Origin: Gracilinanus agilis
Taxonomy: Eukaryota
DNA length: 64,000 nucleotides
Assembly (NCBI RefSeq): GCF_016433145.1
Contig: NC_058130.1
Coordinates: 615,369,412 to 615,433,411 of the forward strand
Direction: 5' to 3'
Of the stretch, positions 50,831 through 61,050 are shown piece after piece. The notes beneath the pieces are model-generated. The model was not told where the DNA came from, ran no database searches, and saw nothing but the letters and a program-made list of their open reading frames with translations. The position numbers and the translations under genes were made by a program. Every line of letters starts with the position of its first letter. Within the stretch, counting starts at the first letter, position 1.

Positions 50831-51289
50831 GATTCTAGCTCTGAAGACAGTGGTGATTCCCATGTTGTTCCTTCTGATATCCTATCATGGAAATACCCTT
50901 CAGAAGAGCCTTGGCATGCCTTACTGCTTTGCCTGCCCTTTATAATAACCAGAACTGATACAAGTCATACTTGTGCAAGAAGATTTTTTAAGAGGGGAGC
51001 AGATTACAAATGTCACAGATTTTAGGAAGACCAGTACATGGTGATTCTCTTACTTTATTTCAATTAGTATTACCCCATTACCAACATCCTTTATGTGAGC
51101 AGATAGTCAGGGAAGCACAGCCCTTCCCTGTCTTAGTATGTGTACAAGTACTCATCTCCCTAGCATATCTGTACATACATACAAAGGAGAATAGTCTCAC
51201 TTGTGGGGTAAATGGAGTCCTTAAAATGAAAGAGCTGATCCACCTGAAAAAGAGCATTTCTTCAATGCCTGACCCTCTATTTCCCATCT

Positions 51290-51629
51290 CCATGTACATG
51301 TACCTCCTTTGTACAATCTTTCTCCAGTGCCTGATATGTATCTTCCTCTCACTTCTACCTCTTAGAATCCTTAATTTCCTTCAAAATCAACTCAAGAACC
51401 ATCTTATTCTACATCATGCTTTCTTGATTCCCAAAGGTGTCTCCCTCTCCCAAAAAGATTATGTTCTATTTATTTGGTATTTATACATTTTCCCCCCTTT
51501 TCCTCCCTCCACTCCTTCATAAAATATAAGCCCCTGTAGAGCAGGGACTGTTCCATTTTTGTCTTTCCATTCTCATCACCTGGCACAGTGCCTGGCACGT
51601 AATAGATACTTAATAAATGCTTCATAATT
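51290..51629 (+). mobile_element. L2 3' end
   Basis: ...cacctggcacagtgcctggcacgtaatagatacttaataaatgct. Confidence 0.75.
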
Positions 51630-51840
51630 GGGGACAGCTGGGTGGCTCAGAGGATTGAGAGTCAGGCCCAGAGATGGGAGGCCCTGGGTTCAAATTTAAA
51701 CTCTTTGATTTGACACTTCCTAGCTGTGTTACCCTGGGCAAGTCACTTAACCCCATTGCCTAGCCCTTACTACTCTTATGCCTTGGAACCAACATACAGT
51801 ATTGATTCTAAGACAGAAGGGAAGGGTTTAAATAAATAAA
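51630..51840 (+). mobile_element. tRNA/CORE SINE inserted in an L2 tail
   Basis: 18-bp TSD aataaatgcttcataatt (51612-51629) / aataaatacttcatgatt (51841-51858), 2 mismatches. Confidence 0.9.
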
Positions 51841-52424
51841 AATAAATACTTCATGATTGGTTAGGCAAAAACAATCATCATCATCATCACAACTAGCATC
51901 TATGTAGCATTATAAGGTTTTCAAAACATTCCACAATGTTTTTTCCCTTACACAAATCCTTGGAAATGGGTACTAGTATTCTCATTTTATAGATGAGAAT
52001 TGAGGTTCAAGGAGATTAAGTCTTTTGCCCAGAGTCATCAGTCAGTAAGAGCCCAAACTAAGTTCTTTCTTTTTCCTGGTCCATCCATGATACTATCTAG
52101 CTTCCTTCGTGTCATCTTTCACTTTTTTATACTGGAGGCAAAGGATAAGACATAATTTAGCATGGTAAATAGAAAGTCTCAGACTCCATAATTTCTGGAT
52201 TCAAGTCCTGCTGCCAGTCATATTGAGGACCCTGGGCAAGTCACTTAACTTCTCTCACTGCTCTAGGTGGCTATCTGAGGCTGTAAGTTGCAGAATAGTC
52301 ATCTCTCTTCATTTGTAAAGACTGTAATAAAATTTTTTAAATTAAATATAGTTTGCACATTGATGTTGCTTTAGCACGTGCCATGTAGTTGGACTACTTG
52401 CCACTTGAATAAAACCCAAAACAA

Positions 52425-52848
52425 AATTGAGAGTTGGGAGGGACCTCAGCAGGTATCTTACCCAACATGAAAAGATTCCCCACATCAAAACACCTGACAG
52501 TGATCCAAGGAGGGGGAGCCCACTGCAGCCACCCTTTTCTGCTGCCAGGCAGCTCTAGTTGTCAGGAGGTTTTCTCCAGCCTCTAGCCTAGGGGTGTCCC
52601 GTTACATAGCCACCCTTTTCTTCAGATTTTACTAAACTTTGGGACCAAACTAGCCAGCTTAAAGTGCCTCCTCCACTTTACAGCCCTTCCAATACTTGAA
52701 AACAGCTGCCATTCTTCCCCTTAGTCTTTTCTTCTACAGACCAAATATCAGTGCTTCTGTTGTATGTATTCAAGGGCCCTCACCACCCTGGTTGCCCTCC
52801 TCTGAACATGCTTCAGGTTATCAGTATCCTTCTTAAACTTGTAGATCC
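52425..52848 (-). mobile_element. L3/CR1 LINE 3' fragment
   Basis: cagcccttccaatacttgaaaacagct...cctcaccaccctggttgccctcctctgaacatgcttcagg is antisense CR1 RT-end text. Confidence 0.72.
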
Positions 52849-52859
52849 AGTGATAAATG

Positions 52860-53040
52860 CAGTAGAGCCTGGCCTAGAGATAGGAGGTCCTGGGTTCAAA
52901 TATGACTTCAGATACTTCCTAGCCGTGTGACCTTGGACAAGTCACTTAACCAACATTACCTAGCCCTTACCACTCTCCTCCCTTAGAAGCAATATATAAT
53001 ATTAATTCTAATAGAAGGTAAGGGTTTAAAAAAAAGAAAA
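52860..53040 (+). mobile_element. tRNA/CORE SINE, 5'-degraded
   Basis: agagcctggcctagagataggaggtcctgggttcaaat...agaaggtaagggtttaaaaaaaa. Confidence 0.85.
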
Positions 53041-54239
53041 ACCCTTGGAATTCCTGGAAACTGCCTTTTTTTTTTAATGAATCCCACAGTGCCATTTTTT
53101 AAAAGTTCCATATCACATGGCTAATAACCACTGCCAATCCATGCTCTTTCCATCTTCTACTTTTAAAGCTTATTTTCCCCCCTAATGTCGAGTATCAAGG
53201 ATACTGCAAAGTGGGGGAAAATACATTGGATTTGTAGTCAGTAGGCTTGGGTTTATTATTGAATCCCTCTGAGCCTAAGTTTTCCTTTTCCATAAAATGG
53301 GAATAGAAGTGGCTTGCCCAGAATCACACAGCTAAGAAATGTCTGAGGCAGAATTTGAACCTCAGCCTTCCTAACTCAGTACGACTTAATTTATTATGCT
53401 ACCTAGTGCCTATTGTGTGCCACACTCAGAAGATGGACAAAACTGAAATCATCCCTGCTGACAAGGAACTTGTAATCTAGCAAAAGGAGATAATGTACAC
53501 TTACAGGTTTATATGATAGAGAGAAAATTTGAGAGGAAGGAACTAGCACCTTATAGATCAGGACAGTTTTCCTATAGAAAATGGCAACTGAACTGAGCCT
53601 TTATTTTACTTTCAATTAGCATTTATCAAGTACCTCCTCAGAGCCAACTTGATGTGTCAGGGAGCATGGAGTATAGAGCTTCAGCCACTTCCTAGCTATG
53701 TGAACCTGGGTAAGTCACTTAACCCAGATTGCCTAGACCTTGTCCTTCTATCTTAAAGTTGTTACTAAGAAAGAAAGCATTTTTTTAAGGCAACTACTCT
53801 GTGCCAGGCAACATGCTTTAATGGATTGACCATTGGCCTCAGAGTGAGGAAGTTCTGGGTTTAAGTTCTCCTTCTGGTTTTCTTTCTGTTCCCATCATTT
53901 AACCTAGTGTATAGCAAATGCTTAATAAAAGTTTAGACTGATATGTATTAGGCATTTGGGGGGCCAGGATGCTAATAGACCTGGTACAGCTTAAGTTAAG
54001 CCCTGCCCACCTCTCCTGCCCCTACACCACTAGCTGGGGGTTGTTGTGAGCCAGGATGCTATGGAACAGATCTCAGGCAGTTTAAGTTAACTTTGCTCCC
54101 ATGTGGATTGACCTAAAACCCAGCTATGGGCTCTTTGAACTAAGACTGTGTTATGGCTTGAGCAGGAAGCTTTTGAGAGCCTATCCTTACTGGCTGCCTT
54201 TTATCTCATTGTTGACTGCTGGATCATGGGTCATGCTTT

Positions 54240-54396
54240 GTTTTATTTTTTTTTAACCCTTACTTTCTATCTTAATAACACTAGGATAAAAGAGCAAGGG
54301 CTAGGCAAATGGGATTAAATGACCTGCCTAGGAAGTGACTGAGGTCACCCAGGTCCTCCTGAATCAAGGCCTGGCACTATGCCACCTAGCTGCCCC
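54240..54396 (-). mobile_element. Marsupial CORE SINE (Mar3/MAR-like)
   Basis: Degenerate 15-bp TSD catgggtcatgcttt (54225-54239) / catggattatgcttt (54397-54411). Confidence 0.85.
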
Positions 54397-55689
54397 CATG
54401 GATTATGCTTTAATAATTTTTTACTTTGAACTCTGAGGCTCCCAGGGGTTCACTGCACCAGATATGGAACCTCTCCTGGACACTATGATTTTTAAAAAGT
54501 CGCTAACATCAAAGTACCCAACACAAATCTCATAAATAAGATGCAAAATAGTTGCTGATGAGCTTTGATAGAATTTCCTCACCAGCATTTCCCTACACTC
54601 GTGAGAATGCCCAGAGAGAGAGTATCCCATGCTATAGCCCACCAAAATAATTCTCTATAGATCTGGCCATTTCACTTCTGTACCCAAAAGACCTCATTGG
54701 CTTTCTGTTGCCTCCATTATCAAATATAAATTCAGGTGACATTTAGAGTTTTTCATAATCAAGATTCCACCTGTCTTTCCATCTTTATTTCCTGCCATCC
54801 CTTTTTTAGACATTCTACACTCAAAGTTGTACTGGTAGCCCTCCCCAATCTCATCTTGCCACATTTCCCTAGAGTACATTCATTTCTACTATCCTCTCAT
54901 GCCAGAAATACACTCTCTCCTCATCTCTACTTGCTGACTTCTTTGTTTCAAAGCCTAAAATGAGTTCCTTGTGGTAGGAGCAGTCTGGTTGAGACTGATA
55001 ATGGAAGGAGGCCCCATTGTGGAGCAAGAAATTCACTACTCTTAGCCTGAGAAAATCAGAAGCCACTTGCCACTATTTACCCTTACAAGTCCAATGAAAC
55101 TAACTTTGAGATATTATTTGGTCCAAGGGACGAAGGTTCAAACTAGTTTCCCAGTGGCCTAAAGCATAAAAGCCTAGCCCACAAGCAATTTGGACTTCTT
55201 AGGTTTGAAGGATTTCCCTTCCCACTTTTGTGAGAATCACTGTATCTGACCAAACCATCACAGCATATATGGAGGCAAGGGGAGAGTACAGTCAACTGAG
55301 CTAACAATGTTTCTTTCATGAATATCCTTTCCACACTATTGTTAAGCAAACTTAATATGGTTTTATCCATAGGTCTTACTAAATTCAGTCCAAAACTGAA
55401 CTACCAGGCCAATCTGAGTTCAGGCTTGACCCAGAACAAATCTCCATGAAGTCATCAGAGTTTCCTCTCTCCCACCGAAAAATGGTCTCCGTTCTCAAAG
55501 TTTTAGAGCACTTTGTTTTAGCTCCTTCTTCTGTTACTATCAAACTCTACCTTTTACCTTAATTCTTTATGTATCTGTTCTGTCTTTCTCCCAGTGGAGT
55601 GTAAGCACCTTGAAGTCAGGGAGTATCATTTTTTTTTCTCTTCCCAACACATAGCATAGTACTCTGCACATAGTAGGTATTTAATCAGT

Positions 55690-56480
55690 TTGTTAAATTG
55701 ATGTGCCTTGCCTAAGAAGAACCATGAGGGTTCACCAAAGAATGCAATATCTATAGTTGAGGTACTAAAGAAAACTTTGGAGAGTTGAGTCTTAAAGATT
55801 GGACAATATAGAAACAGGCTTATGTCAGGGGAGTTTTCTGTGAAGAGTGATCAAACAGTGTGGATAAAAGGCACAGAAGAGGTTAAAGCATGTGAATGTG
55901 CTGAAGGAAATGTTCCTTAGTTCAGCTTGGCTGGAATGTAAGGTACATGAAGAAAGAAAAATAATACAGAGCCTTAAAAATAGGCAAAGGAGTTGTACTT
56001 TATTTGGTCATTAATGGAAAAACATCATAAAAATTTTGAGCAGAGTAGTCCTTCGATTAGTTTTGTGGCACAATAAGAAGAACACTGACTTTGGAGTCAG
56101 AGAATGTGGGTTCAAATCCTGCCTTAGTCACATATTGTCTTTGTAAACTTGGGTAAGGCACTTAACTAACTACTCTAGGCTACAGTTTTTTTCATCTATT
56201 TAGAAGAAGTTGAATCAGATGGCCTCTAAGAGCCCTTCCAAATTTAAATCTATGATCCTTTGCTTAGAACTGTATATCATAAATATTAGTCTGGAAATAG
56301 TCTACAGGATGGCTTAGAGGGGAGAGAAAATGGAAACTAGGAGGCCACTTAAAAACCTATTCAAGTAGTTCAGAAAGAAGACAACAAGGACCTGAATTAA
56401 AGTGGTGGTGCTAAAAATGGGAAGGAGGGATTAATTAATAAATAAATGTGAGACACTGCAGAGATAGAGTCAGCAGAACT
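55690..56480 (-). mobile_element. L2 fragment with a nested MIR-type SINE (~56060-56260)
   Basis: aaaattttgagcagagtagt | ttagaactgtatatcataaatattagtctggaaatagt...ggatggcttagagggg. Confidence 0.6.
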
Positions 56481-57678
56481 TGGTTCTGATTGGATGTTAA
56501 AGATCAAAGGGATATGGTTGGCTTGTCCCCAGGGAGATCAGGCCCTGGTAACCCATGCCCATTTCCCATGACCGCAGCTAAGAGTTCTGTTATTTTTTTG
56601 CCTTGCAAACCATCCCCACAGTAGACGGTGATATCAAAATCCTGAAATTTTGAGCCTTGGTGTCGCAGAGAATTATAGAATCATTAACAGATGATTCAGG
56701 AGGAAGAACAGATGTTGAGGGGGAAGATGATTTTTGTACATTAGCTTCACTAGTACTGAACAATGCAGAATTAAAGGCACAAAACTGGGCACTTTGTGGC
56801 AACCTAATCAATATTTGAGTCCTAAACTCTTGTTAAACAAGAAACCTGACTTCTAGGCCCAGCTCTGCCACCTACTGTTAGGTCACTACACTGAGTGACC
56901 TTGAGTGAAACAATTAGCTTCTCTGGACTGTAGTTTCCCAATTCATAAAAATCAGAGGAACAGTTAAAATCTAAGGTCCCTTCTAGCTGTAATCTGGGAT
57001 GAATAGAAAGAGACATGACAACATGTACTTTCTAGCATAACTACTTTGCCTTGACATTTAAGATATTATTTTTATGATCTCTTTTGTAAAGGTTTTATAA
57101 AAAATGATCTTACTTTCCAAATGTATCCCTCCCCATTCCTGATCTCTTGAGCCGTCCCTTGTAATAAGGAAGAAAAAAAAGAGAGAGGCATTTAAGTAAA
57201 AGCAATCAATACATCACTGGAAAACACTCAAAAAGTGTAACTTTGACAATTTTATGTAAAGCTTGAGTTTGAACAATTGCAATTAGACTTGTGCACTATC
57301 CCACAGGGATATTTAAAGAAGTATGCCATATAGTAGGAAAACAACACTATAATGGGAATAGGTGCCTCAGACCATGATATCTGATCTCTTGCTGACCTTG
57401 ACAAATCATTGAGCCTCTCTGACCTTCAGTGTCATTATTTGTAATATTAGGGTGGGGCAGAGGATTTGGTCTAATTTACCTGATGGTTTCCAGCCACCAC
57501 TAAAGCCTTTTCATCCTTATGACTTTGCAAGTTATTTAAGCTCTCTGGGATTCAGTTTCCTCATTTGTAAAGTGATTGGATGAGACTAAATGATCTTTAA
57601 GGTTCCTTCCAGCTCCTGATCTATGATCCTATGTTTAGCCATTTCTGTTAGGATATGCAGCTGTGGATCTGTTAGACT

Positions 57679-58055
57679 AGACAACTGCGGTTCATTGGTC
57701 AAGAGCACTGGGCCTAGAGTCAGGAAGATTTGAGAATCCATACTCAGACATGTCCTAGCTATTGACTTTGGACAAGTCACTTGACCTCTGTTTGCCTAGG
57801 AAGCAGGTAGGTGGCTCAGTGGATAAGAACGCCGGGCCTCGAGTCAGGAAACCTGAGTTCAAATCCAGACTCAGACACTTCCTAGCTGTATGTCTGGGCA
57901 TTCACTTAACTAACCTGATTGCCTGAAAAAAGGATCCATTCACTAGAGAAGGCCATGGCAAACCATTCCCATACACTTGCCAAGGAAACCCCATGGGTAG
58001 CTACAGGGATGACCCACAGGGTCATAAAGAGTTGGACTCAAACTGAATAATTGCA
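57679..58055 (+). mobile_element. Head-to-tail pair of CORE SINEs; the second (from ~57799) has an RTE-type tail
   Basis: Two consecutive tRNA-derived heads, then ctagagaaggccatggcaaaccattcccatacacttgccaaggaaaccccatgg...ggtcataaagagttggactc. Confidence 0.82.
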
Positions 58056-58089
58056 CATCAAAAGTTAGAATATTTAATATTCCACACCC

Positions 58090-58520
58090 TTATTTCATTA
58101 CCTTTGCATAGGAGGGAGGGAGCTGTACCTGCTACTTCATTCTGCATCATTTGATGTCTTTCCATTATTCTCAGTGCTTCATGTTCCTTCTTTCTTACCA
58201 CAAAATAATGTCCCATTACAACATTCACGTGCCACAGTATGTTTAGTCATTCCTCAGCCAAACTGTATCCTTTGTTTCTAGTTCTTGAATACTGCCCTGG
58301 CATTTTTTAAAGTAAATTATTATTGATATCTTTTATTTTTTCATTACTTCACCTACATTTTTCAGTGTCTCCCTTCCTCCTCTCATTCCTCCCAGAGAGC
58401 CATCCCTTATAACAAGCAGTAAAATAAGGAAAAGAGGGAAAACGCTTCAGCAAAAACCAACCAACCTGGAAGACGCCTGACATTATATGTAGAGTTCCAT
58501 GCTTGTAGTCACCCATCCTG
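58090..58520 (-). mobile_element. L1 3'UTR fragment
   Basis: ccattacaacattcacgtgccacagtatgtttagtcattcctca; cccagagagccatcccttataacaa. Confidence 0.65.
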
Positions 58521-58719
58521 CAGGGAAGCAGGGGAAGGTGCTTTTTTGAAACAGAAGCTATGAGAACCTGCTCAGAAGTTTTAAAGTGGGTCAGTGACTG
58601 GGGTCTGCAACTTAAATTTTAAGGCTTGAAAAGAGATAGATTTTTATGTCCCCAACCAGTTCTTTTTACTAAAATGGGTTAAAAAGGCCAGCTTTCTCCT
58701 GCAGATCCAGTATGTGATG

Positions 58720-58980
58720 TATTTTGCGGGAGTGTGGGAGTTAGTGGGTTACGTAATGCTTGTGGTTATGTAATGGTTCTGCTGTTGCAGCGGGCTGCAG
58801 CACCAGAGCCTGATCGAGGGAAGCCTTAGCAGTGCCTCCAAAAACATTTAACACCCCCAGCAGTGGTAGGAATGTTACATTGATGAGGATGACGTAAGGG
58901 GTCAGTGACCCGTTACACAGAGCTGCCCTTTCCTTCCTCCTGGCTTGCTCATATGCTAATGAGGGTTTCCTTACATAGGA
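58720..58980. promoter_or_regulatory. Candidate intronic enhancer (two D-boxes, IR-1, CRE-like and octamer-like sites)
   Basis: GTTACGTAAT 58748-58757; GTTATGTAAT 58765-58774; ATGACGTAA 58889-58897; GGGTCAgTGACCC 58899-58911; ATGCTAAT 58953-58960. Six CpGs retained in ~190 bp. No repeat recognised. Confidence 0.55.
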
Positions 58981-59388
58981 GTGCTTTTCATACTGCCTTA
59001 TTTCAGATGAGAAATAAAAACAAAGGAAAAAACCCTGTAAAAAGGAGGGAAATTAATTTTCTGTTTGATGCAGAGACCTCCAAGATGAGCTGAATTTGGT
59101 TTTCATTCCTGATTCTTAACTGATTCTGAATATTCTCAATTGTTTCTGTAGCTCTCCCTACCCTAATATTTAGGTGACTTTTTTTTTTTACTGGCATTCT
59201 AAAATATAGACATTTTTCTCCTTTTGAGAGAAACATCCACTTTCTTTCCTCCATTTCGGTCAGAGAGGCTGCAGAAAAAAATAGCTTGATTCTGTAGACC
59301 CTTATAGCACTTACAACCTATATCTCACAGTCTTACTCCACATTTTATTTCATTTGCGTGTGTATGCATATATGGCTATATGTATGCA

Positions 59389-59471
59389 TAGGATGTCCCA
59401 AAAGACTTGATGCGGTTTTAAGCTATCGTAGCTATTATTTAATTCTGCAGTAAGATTTTTGGGATACCTCT
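59389..59471. mobile_element. Palindromic Tc1/Mariner MITE (MARWOLEN1-like), decayed
   Basis: taggatgtcccaaaagacttgatgcggttttaag...ctgcagtaagatttttgggatacc forms imperfect inverted arms. Confidence 0.65.
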
Positions 59472-59474
59472 TTA

Positions 59475-59590
59475 GCTATATCTATATAGATTCATAGATA
59501 TAGATGTGTTTATATAGATAAGTATGTAACTATTATACAAATATACACATATAGATGTTATATATAAGATTCATTATATATTATCTACCT
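59475..59590. repeat. TA-rich low-complexity tract
   Basis: Degenerate (TATAGA)n/(TA)n. Confidence 0.7.
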
Positions 59591-60499
59591 AGCCCCTAGT
59601 ACAAAACCAGATACACAAAAGACATTTTAAATGGAACAAGTATTTATAAATATTTAATGAATGAATACCTCTTTCCCCTGCCTTCTCCTCTGTTCCCCAC
59701 TGAAGATTATGTGGTTAGAAGAGCTTCCATCTCTCTTTGTGACTTGATTTCTTTGGAAAGTTATGTTGAGCTTAAGATAAAGAATTGTTTTGATTTTTGG
59801 TGTGAAGTTACTGCACCAGAATTTTGTCTCAGTCATGAATTTGTACAGGTTGTTACCCTTGGAGAAATTACTTCTATGCTTTGTGCCTTGGTTTCCTTCT
59901 CTGTAAAAAAAAGCTTTATTGTATCTTTTACTATCTTTGTAATTTTGCACAATGCATTCAGCCTCTCCAGGCCTCTGGTTCCTTATCTGTAAAATGAAGA
60001 GGGTAGAGTAGATCACCCCTCTGCCCCATTCCAACTCTAAGTTCATGATCCTGCTAACTTTGAAGAATTAGATGGCATGAAGAAATAAGATGAATTCTAT
60101 AGAGATAGGGTGGTAGGTAGAGTGAAAGGAACAATTGGAATGGAAGTTAGAATACCTGAAATCTATTGCCATCTCTATCAAGGTGCTATTTAACCTTGAG
60201 CAAATAACTTAATAACTCTTAGATCACCCACTGATTTCCTGGACATTTCTATTATGTCTAGTTAACATTTCACATTCACTTTTCTAATATGGAATTCACT
60301 GTCTTCTCCCACTAAACTATTCCAAATTTCCCAATTTTTGTTGAGTATAAATGAACCTGGCGGTAGAGCTAGAGGCCTCGGGTTCAAATCCTACCTTTGA
60401 CATTTATCACCAGTATGGCCTGGGCAAGTCACCAAAACTCCCCAGGTTTCAAACTTTCCCTCATCAGTAAGTTGATGATGGTTGATGGGCTAGAGGGCC

Positions 60500-61050
60500 T
60501 CCAACCATAGCTCTTTGATCCTGTCAGTCACTCATGTGTACAGCCTTGGAGTTAACTTCTACTCATTTTTCTCTCTCATATTCTCATATTCGGTCAGCTT
60601 CCAGATCTTGTCAGTTCTACCTTCACAACATCTGGCTGCTGCTTACCTCTGAAGACTTATTGCACAGTACTCCATTCCACCCACACACTACATTCCAGCA
60701 ACACTGGTCTCCCTGAGCTCAACATCTCATCTCTCACCTTCCTCACTTGGAATAGGCTCTCCCCCATGCCTGGAAAGGATTCCTCAGCTTCCTTTAGGGT
60801 GTCTAACTGCCTTTAAGGCTCAACTCAGGTGCTGTCTCCTATGGGAACTCTTTCTTAAACTCCTTAGCTATTAGTGCCCTAACCCTATATTATCATGTCT
60901 ATACTTATTTGTTTACATGTTATGTTCCAAACCCCCCTCCTCGCCCCAACAAATGGGGACAGGAAACTTTTTTTTCCTTTGTGTTTTCTCTTTTATCCCC
61001 AGTGCCTCTCATGATGCTTTGCTTATAGAAAGAAGGTACTAAATAAGTAT
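60500..61050 (+). mobile_element. L2 3' region
   Basis: ccagatcttgtcagttctaccttcacaacatct...ttttatccccagtgcctctcatgatgctttgcttatag. Confidence 0.65.
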
